Shown here piece by piece: positions 18,774 to 27,926 of a stretch of DNA of 39,558 bases. Source of the DNA: an uncultured Acetatifactor sp. (GTDB taxonomy: Bacteria > Bacillota > Clostridia > Lachnospirales > Lachnospiraceae); NCBI GenBank assembly GCA_964617975.1, contig CAZUAP010000001.1, positions 1 to 39,558 on the forward strand. The letters are read 5' to 3'. The translations under genes and the position numbers were made by a program. The notes under the pieces are model-generated. The model did no database searches and was not told the origin of the DNA. It saw only the letters and a program-made list of their open reading frames with translations. Positions within the stretch are counted from its first letter, which is position 1, and the number at the start of each line of letters is the position of its first letter.

Positions 18774-19280
18774 CTAGAACAATCCACAAAAACTGTATCT
18801 TAAATTGCTTGCACTATAGCCATTTATATGTGAAGTCATATCTATTTCAATGGCTTCCTTAAAAATTCTACCTGAGTAGCTTACCTGCCCGCTTGAGCTT
18901 GTTATTACAAAACTGACAGCACCATTTTCAATAGTATAAAACCCAAATGACTCATATTCGTGATTTAGCCATTGACCTACTTGACTTGGAGTGCCGGTTG
19001 AGCCCACCTCAACTACTTTCCCGTCAGGGAAAAATCTAAGATACGATGAGTAATCAGGATATCTGTATTGATAAACACCATCGAACAGAATTATTCCTTC
19101 ACCCGTATCTGACTCAGACGTCGCTGGAATGTTCTTGCCTGACTCTTGATCCTCAGTTAGCGATTCAACACTCGCATAATCTGACAAGTTTTCCTCAAAA
19201 TCGTTAAACTTTGTGCCGCAAATATAGCAAAAAACGGTATCATCAGGGCTTAATGTTCCACATTCTCTGCATTGTTTCAT
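18774..19280 (-). CDS. Zinc-ribbon protein with beta-rich C-terminal domain
   Basis: CxxC...CxxC N-terminus, acidic linker, FDGVYQY...YLRFFPDGKV domain. Confidence 0.8.
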   Translation of the reverse strand: MKQCRECGTLSPDDTVFCYICGTKFNDFEENLSDYASVESLTEDQESGKNIPATSESDTGEGIILFDGVYQYRYPDYSSYLRFFPDGKVVEVGSTGTPSQVGQWLNHEYESFGFYTIENGAVSFVITSSSGQVSYSGRIFKEAIEIDMTSHINGYSASNLRYSFCGLF

Positions 19281-19999
19281 TATATTTTCATCCCTTCATC
19301 ATAAACGAATCGACCATCACACATAGGGCAAATCAGCTCGCCCTCTTTAATCTGTCAGTTGGTATACGACAATTCTTCGTGACAGTAAGGACAAGCAATA
19401 TCAATATAATATTCCTCTGTCTCATCGGACTCTGCTTCTTGCGTTTCTAGTTCACCTGCATCTTCTACGGTTACATATTCTCCCTGTTTTCCGCTTGCAA
19501 CGGCTTCTTCTGTTAGCCTTGTGATTTCTTCCTGCTTTGAAATCTCTGCTTGTATGGCTTTCTCTGCGTTGATTACAAATGATTTCTGAATGCCATCTCC
19601 GAATCGTATTATCTTTGCATAGTTTTTGCTGTCCGCAATGGATACCTTACACTGCCTTAATTGTTCTCGTGTGGTGCATCGGAATTCCACAAGAAGTTTT
19701 CCAAGATAGGCATCAGCATTAGTTGGTTCCATATCAAGAATACGTTCACAGTATTCATCGGCCCGGTCAAACTCACTATCCTCCAAAAAAAGTCCAACAC
19801 GCTGTAAGAGCGGCGATACCTCTGGGTGAATCGCGCTGACTATCTTTTGTCCGTCACTAGAGTTATTCGCATTATCATTCTCAAAGTTATCGCTTTCAGC
19901 AGATGATATATCTATTGCATCAGAAAACCTTTTCCCGCAGACGGCGCAAAACATCGTATCATCGGGACTAAATGTTCCGCACTCTAAACACTGTTTCAT
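19280..19999 (-). pseudogene. Zinc-ribbon/TPR-like protein with an in-frame TGA at 19355-19357 inside a C-terminal zinc ribbon
   Basis: The frame continues CPYCHEELSYTN*QIKEGELICPMCDGRFVYDEGMKI to a TAA that overlaps the next ATG (TAATG). Confidence 0.75.
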
Positions 20000-20017
20000 A
20001 CTGTGTGCCTCCACTGT

Positions 20018-20389
20018 TTATATTTTCAGTCTTGTCACCTCGGCACCAAATGGTGTCAATGCAAGACGTGCTATCTTGAAGTATTGTTTTCCAAACGGAA
20101 TTCCCACGATTGTAATGCAGAAGATGATTCCGATAACTGTAGCCTCAACCGCTAATTCCCAACCAGTTGTCGCAATCCACACCATATTAAGGAGGAAGCT
20201 ACCTACACCGCCGCTAAATACCACGGTCTTTCCAAAAGGGCAGAAGCACAACCATGAAATCTTGAAGCATTGCTTACTGATCGGAATACCAATTACTGTG
20301 ATAGCCCACAAAACACCGGCGATTCCCCAAAGAATACCCGTTATAGCTCCTCCGAAGACAAACCAAGCGAGATTTCCTAGCATCCTCAT
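20018..20389 (-). CDS. YccF-domain inner membrane protein
   Basis: Two repeats: LGNLAWFVFGG...TVIGIPISKQCFK...PFG and LLNMVWIATTGW...TIVGIPFGKQYFK...PFG. TGATG overlap with the AAA gene. Confidence 0.9.
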   Translation of the reverse strand: MRMLGNLAWFVFGGAITGILWGIAGVLWAITVIGIPISKQCFKISWLCFCPFGKTVVFSGGVGSFLLNMVWIATTGWELAVEATVIGIIFCITIVGIPFGKQYFKIARLALTPFGAEVTRLKI

Positions 20390-22224
20390 CAAGTGCCACA
20401 CGCCCTTGTCAAAGAATATTTGAACAATTCTTCGTTTTCTGACGGTTTATCTTCGATTACAACAGAATCTCCAGAAGACCATTCCTCCTTGATTAAGACC
20501 TTTGCAAGTGGATTTACGAGGCAGGTTTCAACCATATTGCCGATACCGCGTCCACCGTTTGACAAATCTCCCTGCGCTTTATTGAGAAGGTATTCCTTAA
20601 ACAGAGCAGATACTTCAAGTTTAATGCCCTTTTCATGTTCCAAGTTGTCTGCAATGGCGCTAAGTTTAAGGTTAAGGATTTCCTCCACTGCTTTCTCTCT
20701 AATGAAATCAAATACTATAAAATTGTCGCCTATACGATTAAGCAGTTCCGGGCGCTGGATAGTGTACTTAAAGTAATCTTTAATAGTAGCAAGCAATTCT
20801 TTTTGGATAGTATCATAATCCATGTTTGGCGTTATGGTCTGATAGCGCTTTCCCGTTTCCGCTTCCTGCCCAACAACTCCTAGATTGCTGGTGAAAATAA
20901 TCAGCGCTTCAGAGAAATACATAGTTTCTCCGGCTGAATCAGTAATTCGACCATCTTCAAGTATCTGAAGGAATTTATCTAGGATTGACGGGTGTGCCTT
21001 ATCAATTTCGTCAAACAGCAATACGCAAAACGGTTTTGACTTGATTGCATTCGTCAACTGCCCACCATCGCTGTAGCCGATATATCCAGGAGGCGCTCCT
21101 AGCAACTTCTGATCAGAATGCGGTTGCTGATATTCACTCATATCAAATCGAGTTACAAAACTCTCATCACCGAAAATAAATTCAGCGATTGTTTTTGCCA
21201 ACTCAGTTTTTCCCGTGCCGGTGGGACCAGCAAAAAATAAAACACCTTTAGGTCGGCTACTTGAACCGCCTTGTATTCCTGACATTCCCAAGCAAGCACG
21301 ACTCAGTACGCTGGCCGCTTTTTTTATTGCAGCTTCTTGACCTTTAACTCTTTTCGCCAGGAACTCTTCAGCATGTTTGACTTTTTCAGAATCCAGCTTG
21401 TCCCATTGACTTTCCGTTTCGCCATAGCGGAACATCTTAACTGCCTCACGGATTTGATATACCGTATATTTCTTTTGCTGGCATAATGAGAAAATACCGA
21501 ACAATTCAACAAGTGTCATACCATCGGTAAGAGCTACAAACTCATCTTGCACTTTTTTCCTTTCTGTCGGTGCTAAATCCTTAGCCCCAGCTACTGTGTC
21601 GATTCTCGCATCTATCACCGCAGCTCTGACCTCTTTCTCCGGGCGGGAAATAGTTAGGGTTCTAACATAGGGATTGTTGAGGTAAAACCATGTCGGTATA
21701 TCATTGACCTTTTCGACAATCAAAAACAGAAGATTAGTCAAAGGTTGTTTATCACGCATGCTTAATGCCTGTGTCGGCGTTCTCGATGCAAGCATAAGCC
21801 TTGTAAAGTATTCTATTTCTTCATCAGATAAATTGTCTGGAGATGCAGCTATCGTGTTCGCCAGATCCACCACAACGGCAGTAGGGCGGACTGTATTTGA
21901 CATCGTTTTTCTTATAAGTTCTGTAGCCGTGCTTATCGACTTGGAAGACTTCTCGTCCGAGGATACCTCTCTGTAAAAAGTTGAGACCATGTCAAGAGCA
22001 TAGGGATTCGAAAAACCGTCAATTCGATTATAGAAAACAACCGGATCATATCCTTCTTCGGTTAAATACCGCTGCAGGTACAGAGAAAGGGCAACCGGCT
22101 CACAAGTCCCATCATCTTCATATATCCAGGGCTGAAGGTCATGAACATTCCCTTCAACAATGAATGTTGTATTTATATCTTGATAGACGGCAAGATCTTT
22201 TTGCCATTTCTCTGCTTGAATCAT
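20389..22224 (-). CDS. ClpB/Hsp100-like AAA+ ATPase with degenerate first and intact second AAA domain
   Basis: VKGQEAA, RPKGVLFFAGPTGTGKTELAK, RFDMSEY, GAPPGYIGY pore loop, LLFDEIDKAH, EDGRITD, RPELLNR. The N-terminal half has no Walker A. Confidence 0.92.
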   Translation of the reverse strand: MIQAEKWQKDLAVYQDINTTFIVEGNVHDLQPWIYEDDGTCEPVALSLYLQRYLTEEGYDPVVFYNRIDGFSNPYALDMVSTFYREVSSDEKSSKSISTATELIRKTMSNTVRPTAVVVDLANTIAASPDNLSDEEIEYFTRLMLASRTPTQALSMRDKQPLTNLLFLIVEKVNDIPTWFYLNNPYVRTLTISRPEKEVRAAVIDARIDTVAGAKDLAPTERKKVQDEFVALTDGMTLVELFGIFSLCQQKKYTVYQIREAVKMFRYGETESQWDKLDSEKVKHAEEFLAKRVKGQEAAIKKAASVLSRACLGMSGIQGGSSSRPKGVLFFAGPTGTGKTELAKTIAEFIFGDESFVTRFDMSEYQQPHSDQKLLGAPPGYIGYSDGGQLTNAIKSKPFCVLLFDEIDKAHPSILDKFLQILEDGRITDSAGETMYFSEALIIFTSNLGVVGQEAETGKRYQTITPNMDYDTIQKELLATIKDYFKYTIQRPELLNRIGDNFIVFDFIREKAVEEILNLKLSAIADNLEHEKGIKLEVSALFKEYLLNKAQGDLSNGGRGIGNMVETCLVNPLAKVLIKEEWSSGDSVVIEDKPSENEELFKYSLTRACGT

Positions 22225-22745
22225 TAGTCGTTTACCTCCTTAACGGTGAGTACGGCATCAACATCACACAAAGTGATTTTTGACCCATCGGCAACTCTAA
22301 CTGGGGAATTTTTTACAATTCGCTGCCCGTCCACCAGAGTACCGTATGTGCTTATATCTTCTACTAAAACTCCAACATTTCGTCGCGGCGTAACTCGCAA
22401 GTGTTGTCTGCTGACCGATGGGAATTCGGCAAGTTCTTCTGCCCCTATTTCTGTCCTTCCAACTATGCCACCCTCTTCGGGGATCTCTATTTCTTTCCCA
22501 TTATTTAATCTCAAGATGTAGTGTTTCTTGCGAGAACCAGATTCTGTCGAAATTGCTTTCCCCTCATTTTCTGAAGTATCTGAAGCGGCATTGCCTTTCA
22601 TAAGTTCCTCAACACGTGGATCGTCCTCATTATAGGTTAAGAAATCCACCAACTTACGGCCACAAGACGGGCAGTTGTCAGGAAAACTCAATCTCCGCTC
22701 AAAAACTATTTTTTCACCACAAGTACATACTTTACAAAACGCCAT
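22224..22745 (-). CDS. Zinc-ribbon plus FHA domain protein
   Basis: CTCG...CPSC N-terminus. FHA motifs IVGR, VSRQH, DISTYGTLVDG. Confidence 0.88.
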   Translation of the reverse strand: MAFCKVCTCGEKIVFERRLSFPDNCPSCGRKLVDFLTYNEDDPRVEELMKGNAASDTSENEGKAISTESGSRKKHYILRLNNGKEIEIPEEGGIVGRTEIGAEELAEFPSVSRQHLRVTPRRNVGVLVEDISTYGTLVDGQRIVKNSPVRVADGSKITLCDVDAVLTVKEVND

Positions 22746-22748
22746 ATG

Positions 22749-23822
22749 TTAACCCTCCGAGTTTAATGCTCGTTGCTTCTGTGTAGATGTTTTTCTCTGC
22801 CTCTTCCTTGCACTTCTTTCGCTGATGTCTGACTGGACACACATTTCATCAATATGAGCGGGTTCTGCATATACACGTTTCAGAATCACACCCTTTTCAG
22901 CAGCTCGTTCTTCCAAGGTTGTATACATGGAGCAAATACTGTTTGCACTACTTTCTATCTGACGTTGGCGTTCCAGAGACCCACCTTTTGCCTCTCCAAC
23001 AGGTTCAAACATTATTCCGCTGCCGTCATTGCCAATAAACACATCGCATAGTGGATGTCCGTCAACCGCATACATTTGACCAACAGTGTGATCCAGGACT
23101 GCGTCATCCTTTGCGTGGCATCCAAGATCTTCCATTATATCCTCGATGACATCCATCACATATTCATCTTGTCTGCGCTTCTCCAACACTGATGTCATTC
23201 TGGCAACTTCTTTTTCGACCCTATATGGAAGTCTCTCTGTTGGCTTTACTTCGAGCATCTCGCACAATGCGCAATACTCGAAATAAGTAGATTCCATCCT
23301 TTCCTTGTCGGCATCAGTAATTCTTGCAGCTCCCTGCAGATAAGTAGAAACTCGCATTTTAACCGACCTGATTTTGTCCTCGATGTCTGTTGCCGATGCC
23401 TGAATCGTTCTTGCCAGTTCCGCTAATAGACGAGTTCTATCTTTCTCGTCTTTCTCTGATATGATAGGCCGCTCATCCACTTTCTTAACCCAGGAATCAA
23501 GCTCCTGTTCCAACTTCGTAGGTTTCTTATGCGCAGAGAATAATAGCCCTGAAAAATCAAGTTCATCCCGTTTGGCGTCGCTTTGACCTTCTTCTATCTG
23601 AAGCGTAGCACCTGTCACAACAGCACTTTTACTATACCCACCGACAGAATCATCTGCAATAAATACCGTCGTTTCAATATTTGACCCAGCTGTCATTTGA
23701 ACATTGTTCTTATGTTCAATCTGCAGCTGCTCCTTTAATCTTTGAATACTGTCTGCCAACTCCTGCTTCAGCCGGGCTTTCCTCATTGCCTCCAACTGGG
23801 CAGTCGTATAATAACTGCTCAT
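22749..23822 (-). CDS. Hypothetical coiled-coil protein with C-terminal alpha/beta domain
   Basis: Charged helical sequence coupled between the kinase and FHA genes. Alternative TTG start at 23831. Confidence 0.8.
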   Translation of the reverse strand: MSSYYTTAQLEAMRKARLKQELADSIQRLKEQLQIEHKNNVQMTAGSNIETTVFIADDSVGGYSKSAVVTGATLQIEEGQSDAKRDELDFSGLLFSAHKKPTKLEQELDSWVKKVDERPIISEKDEKDRTRLLAELARTIQASATDIEDKIRSVKMRVSTYLQGAARITDADKERMESTYFEYCALCEMLEVKPTERLPYRVEKEVARMTSVLEKRRQDEYVMDVIEDIMEDLGCHAKDDAVLDHTVGQMYAVDGHPLCDVFIGNDGSGIMFEPVGEAKGGSLERQRQIESSANSICSMYTTLEERAAEKGVILKRVYAEPAHIDEMCVQSDISERSARKRQRKTSTQKQRALNSEG

Positions 23823-23823
23823 A

Positions 23824-25410
23824 TTAGACAAACGCCTCCTTCATTCTTCGCATTTCCTTCTCATACCCCAATCTGTTAAGCCACGCTATGAAGCGATCAC
23901 TTTGGAGCAGTTCGTCAATTTCTTTAATAGAACACTTACTTAAAACTGGTATCAACGCATCCATCGTTTCCACAGATACCCCAAATATGTCTATCGCTTT
24001 TTTCCCTTGTAAGGCAAAGCATATTGTGGATATAGACGCCATGTCATTGCTTCCGTTACGTCGAATAAGCTGTTCTAGTCTGTCAACCTGTGCTTGCTCA
24101 TAATCATTATACCTAAGATAAAACACCAACAATCCCGTCGAAAGAAACTTCTTTGCAATCTCATCCTTTCCAGTTGATAACTGGTCGACATATTCAGAAA
24201 GAGAGCCATACTCTTTGCCACAGTAGAATATTTGTTGCGGATCATCTTCTATGTACATTAAAAGTTTGTATACAGCAGCATCTGCATCCTGATATAAGGC
24301 AAGTTCCCTGATTTTTTCAACAAGGCTTTTATCAAACTGCCGCACAAAATCAATCAGTTCACGTCTCTTGACGATACGTGATGCCTGCGTCCAATGGTTC
24401 TTAATTGCCTGTGCAAGTTGATGAAGTGTGGTCACCGATACGGTTTGCCCCTCAAATCTACCAAATATAAGTGGCTTGTTTTGATTCTCCTTTTTTGTGC
24501 GGGAATATATGCTTCGATTCACAGGACGCATATATTCTCCCTCGCACCACCGTTTTACCTGTACATATCCCCAACGCTGATCTTCATCCTCATTAAGGAG
24601 TCCTTTTATCAAAACGCCTAAACGACCGCTTATCTGACTCGGCAGGTCTAATCCGCCCTCCCATGCTTTGGAAATCTCTTCAACAGACATTCCTTCAAAA
24701 ATTGAATGCCCCAGGACTGCCTTACAAAGCACTAAACCAAAAGAGCCGTAGTCATAAGCTGGAGACATGGCTGCACTCCATAAAAGTGCTTTAACACGAG
24801 GTGCATATTCTGGGGTTCCTCTTACCGCATCTACCAACTTGCCGTTTGAATTCGTATATCCACTGATGCCACAATCCCCAATCACAACTCTTTCGCCGTT
24901 GTCGGTGTAAAACAAATTACTGGGTTTAATATCACAGTGAACAATGCCGTTTCTATGTAGTTCATGCAAACCTTCATTTATTGAAGGAACCAATATGTTT
25001 TGAATATGTGCACTAGAAAGAGCACCTACATCTTCCAGGGTTCCTTCTGAATAGTATTCATATATTTCATAGTAGTACCCGCCATGCTCGCCGCACTCAA
25101 CAACGTGCGCAATATTGGGATGTCGCACACTCGTCAGAAAGCTTTGCATCTGATTGGACGGATGCCAGCCATTGTGGTAAATTTTGACTACATATGATTT
25201 ACCCCATTTTTTTGCCAAATAGACATTAGATTGCTTCCCTTGCTTATTCATAAGGGAGTTAATCACATAGCTATCAGCAACTGATTCACCAGCTAATAAG
25301 ATAACACTCTGCCCGCTCTGGTTTGAACTTCCCGGCGGAATCGTCTCTCCAACATTTATTATATGGCCGATATGAGATTTCGGCGGTTGTGTTTCGGCAG
25401 CATTTATCAT
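23824..25410 (-). CDS. Hanks-type Ser/Thr protein kinase with C-terminal helical region
   Basis: VVKIY, HPNI, IVHCDIKPSN, DCG in place of DFG, GTPEYAP, YDYGSFG. No transmembrane segment seen. Confidence 0.92.
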   Translation of the reverse strand: MINAAETQPPKSHIGHIINVGETIPPGSSNQSGQSVILLAGESVADSYVINSLMNKQGKQSNVYLAKKWGKSYVVKIYHNGWHPSNQMQSFLTSVRHPNIAHVVECGEHGGYYYEIYEYYSEGTLEDVGALSSAHIQNILVPSINEGLHELHRNGIVHCDIKPSNLFYTDNGERVVIGDCGISGYTNSNGKLVDAVRGTPEYAPRVKALLWSAAMSPAYDYGSFGLVLCKAVLGHSIFEGMSVEEISKAWEGGLDLPSQISGRLGVLIKGLLNEDEDQRWGYVQVKRWCEGEYMRPVNRSIYSRTKKENQNKPLIFGRFEGQTVSVTTLHQLAQAIKNHWTQASRIVKRRELIDFVRQFDKSLVEKIRELALYQDADAAVYKLLMYIEDDPQQIFYCGKEYGSLSEYVDQLSTGKDEIAKKFLSTGLLVFYLRYNDYEQAQVDRLEQLIRRNGSNDMASISTICFALQGKKAIDIFGVSVETMDALIPVLSKCSIKEIDELLQSDRFIAWLNRLGYEKEMRRMKEAFV

Positions 25411-25988
25411 ATAATTCTCTCTCCTTGAGGAATTCCAATCGTTAAAATCTTATTCCCATACATAACGTTTTGTAGCGTTCTCTCCGAGATTTCGATTCCT
25501 TGATATCTATCGTGATATTTAAAAATCAAGCACCTTTGATTTGATGAACCACGTAAACCCTTATTATCGTTTAACTCCTTAATATATGGACCGTCAATCA
25601 GAGCGGCACACGCATTGAGGACGGAATCAATAGCTTCATTTTTCTGTAACCTCAGTTCCTCTATTCTGTATCCTGTAAAGATGAGTATATCATCGCAAAT
25701 ACTCACAAGAGACTGTACCATTTCGTTCAAAGCTTCCGGATTGAGGAATGGCTCTCCACCTGAAATGGTGAATCCATCAATTGGAGTTCGTATACGGCGG
25801 ATCATCAACATAAGTTCGTTAACGGTCACTTCTTTCGAATCGTCATATTCTTGAAGTTCCGGACTTATACACCCTTCACAGCCACGGTTACATCCATTCA
25901 TCCATATTCCGACCCTGTTGCCGGGCCCCAGAGCCTTAACTGGGTAATACATTCTTGCTAGACTGATTTTTGCTTCTTCCATTGTCAT
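25407..25988 (-). CDS. Radical SAM protein of the NrdG-like (glycyl-radical activating enzyme) type
   Basis: LGPGNR...GCNRGCEGC (CxxxCxxC), TISGGEPF, IFTGY, LIDGPY, RGSSNQR. ATGA overlaps at both ends. Confidence 0.9.
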   Translation of the reverse strand: MTMEEAKISLARMYYPVKALGPGNRVGIWMNGCNRGCEGCISPELQEYDDSKEVTVNELMLMIRRIRTPIDGFTISGGEPFLNPEALNEMVQSLVSICDDILIFTGYRIEELRLQKNEAIDSVLNACAALIDGPYIKELNDNKGLRGSSNQRCLIFKYHDRYQGIEISERTLQNVMYGNKILTIGIPQGERII

Positions 25989-27034
25989 CTTAGCTCCGAA
26001 GTAAAATGGGATGAACACACTAGTTTGTTTCCATCAACATGCTTACCACAAAACAAGCAATTGTGAGTCCGTTTGCGTTCCTCAATTTCATGCCCTACCT
26101 GCCATTGATTCATTGACAGCAAAAGCTCATCAGGCGTAATACAAAACATCGCACCATCAGAAAGTTGCTTTGCACATTCTAATGGAGTGGGCATCTTCCT
26201 TCGAAGTTCGGATGACTGTGGAGATCTCAGTTTTGTTGCCACACTGTTTTGAAGAAACAAAATTGCTGTGTCCGGCGAGGCTGAAACAATGTTGCCAATC
26301 CCCCAACAGAAGGGAACATCGTATTCTCCGGATTCATAGGCATCTATGTTTAAAAAAGCATGGGTGCCAATTGGCTCTTTGTGTAAGGCACTACAAAGCA
26401 CTTCCACACTTCTTGTATTTTCGTAATTCAAGTAATAGCTGTCACCACCAAAAAGAGCTCTTCCACCCAGACTCTTTCGTCTGATAATCCAGCTATAATT
26501 AGGTCTTCTCACGCTGCATAAGGCGGGAAGAAACTTAGTATTTACCGCATAAATCATCTCCTGAATACCTGCAGTGTCATCCCATGTGAGATTTTTTATA
26601 GGGTTCAAACCAGCATATAATGTCATAAGGTATACGCTGGTACTTGCAATCATTTTTAAGGCACTCATGTAAGCAATCGTGTCTTTCTTTTTCAAGACCG
26701 TTATCGTTTCAGAAAACGGTAAAGGCGAATGCATTAATTCATTGCATACTCTCACCTCGTTATCAATGGACTCATGCGCTTGTTTCAATTGAGGGAGAAT
26801 ATCCAATGCTTTTGACGGCATGGCATAAATCTTGTCCAACATTTCTTCTCCGTTTTTATAAAGCCCATTGCCAATTTCTCGATAATATGTGTAGTCATTC
26901 AAGAGCATCTTGAGGCGTGCAACATCATCATTTTCATCTAATGCCCGTTTGTATATCTCCGCAATCTCATCTGTATGTCCGCTGGTCTCTCTATTAAGCA
27001 GACCCAGAAAATATAGGACTTTCTTTGAATCCAT
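25985..27034 (-). CDS. Hypothetical protein with C-terminal Cys/His metal-binding motif
   Basis: C-terminus CLFCGKHVDGNKLVCSSH. Coupled to the radical SAM gene. Confidence 0.8.
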   Translation of the reverse strand: MDSKKVLYFLGLLNRETSGHTDEIAEIYKRALDENDDVARLKMLLNDYTYYREIGNGLYKNGEEMLDKIYAMPSKALDILPQLKQAHESIDNEVRVCNELMHSPLPFSETITVLKKKDTIAYMSALKMIASTSVYLMTLYAGLNPIKNLTWDDTAGIQEMIYAVNTKFLPALCSVRRPNYSWIIRRKSLGGRALFGGDSYYLNYENTRSVEVLCSALHKEPIGTHAFLNIDAYESGEYDVPFCWGIGNIVSASPDTAILFLQNSVATKLRSPQSSELRRKMPTPLECAKQLSDGAMFCITPDELLLSMNQWQVGHEIEERKRTHNCLFCGKHVDGNKLVCSSHFTSELR

Positions 27035-27044
27035 TTCATTCGCC

Positions 27045-27497
27045 TCACTTGTCTATGTCTTGTAACACATTCGCCAATGCAATATAGCGTGGATCGTTAG
27101 GCGAATAACTGAGCGCCACACTAATATGTCTTAATGCATCAAGTCTTTGTGTCTCGTTCGTTCCGTTTCTCAATGCTAATAGTGCCATCACATATTCTTT
27201 CTCCGCTGAACTTGGGAGATTATTAATTTTGTGGGCATACTTGAATCCTGTGTTTTCAGATGCAGCGAATCCTTCAAGCGTAAGCCCATATATTGCTTCC
27301 GAGACAATCTGCATCTCTGTCTCCTCATAAGCTGCATCTGCTTGTACCGGAACATAATTCTTCGGAATATCAATCTTCTTTGATCTTTCTCGAAGGACAT
27401 CTTTTGCTGTATCAAGTTTTTCAAACTGAGTAGCCAGGTCATAGCACTCTTTCAGTTGAAAAGCCTCAATGCTATCCCAAGCATTAACATTTGACAT
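27045..27497 (-). CDS. TPR-like helical protein
   Basis: EYVMALLAL...ALRHISVALSYSPNDPRYIALA resembles a TPR. Confidence 0.65.
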   Translation of the reverse strand: MSNVNAWDSIEAFQLKECYDLATQFEKLDTAKDVLRERSKKIDIPKNYVPVQADAAYEETEMQIVSEAIYGLTLEGFAASENTGFKYAHKINNLPSSAEKEYVMALLALRNGTNETQRLDALRHISVALSYSPNDPRYIALANVLQDIDK

Positions 27498-27518
27498 ACT
27501 TATCACCTATTACATCGT

Positions 27519-27553
27519 TCGGCGAGGAGGATAGGAGTTATCCTCCTCGCCGA
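27519..27553. other. Perfect 15-bp intergenic hairpin without U-tract
   Basis: TCGGCGAGGAGGATA-GGAGT-TATCCTCCTCGCCGA. Confidence 0.8.
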
Positions 27554-27588
27554 CATCATGTCTCTTTCCGATAGTCACTTCAACAAAA

Positions 27589-27924
27589 CTATATTCTCGA
27601 ATTGCTATCCAGTGTATTGTTAAGGTATCCCACTTGCTGCTCGACGTTCTTTTGTACCGATGCCGCTGACTGATGAGTATTGTAGGCAATTACAATACCC
27701 ACAATTATCAAAATAACTCCCCAGACAGGATGAGATGCAAAGCAAAGGATCAAGCCAAAAAGGGATATAATAAGCGGCAAAAGGGTGCTCATTGTTGTTT
27801 TACTAGAAGCCGCTTGAGATGCACTCGACCCCATACTTCTTGCCGCATCACGAAGGTTACTGTATGTACCTGTGATTTGGGACTCACACGCATTAAGTTG
27901 CTGTCTTGCTTCTTGTGATGTCAT
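27589..27924 (-). CDS. Small two-TM membrane protein with helical termini
   Basis: Hydrophobic stretches LLPLIISLFGLILCFA and VWGVILIIVGIVIAY. Confidence 0.8.
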   Translation of the reverse strand: MTSQEARQQLNACESQITGTYSNLRDAARSMGSSASQAASSKTTMSTLLPLIISLFGLILCFASHPVWGVILIIVGIVIAYNTHQSAASVQKNVEQQVGYLNNTLDSNSRI

Positions 27925-27926
27925 AA

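Noticed and set aside
19355-19357. Selenocysteine codon
   Set aside because: The TGA is not at a Cys position of the CxxC motifs and no clear SECIS hairpin is visible; a Trp nonsense change is simpler.
20389-22224. Gene symbol clpB, clpC or clpV
   Set aside because: Lacks Clp N-terminal repeats and an intact first ATPase domain; only the second ring matches.
25407-25988. Gene symbol nrdG, or a viperin call
   Set aside because: No nrdD nearby, so orthology is unproven. Motifs are of the activating-enzyme type, not viperin.
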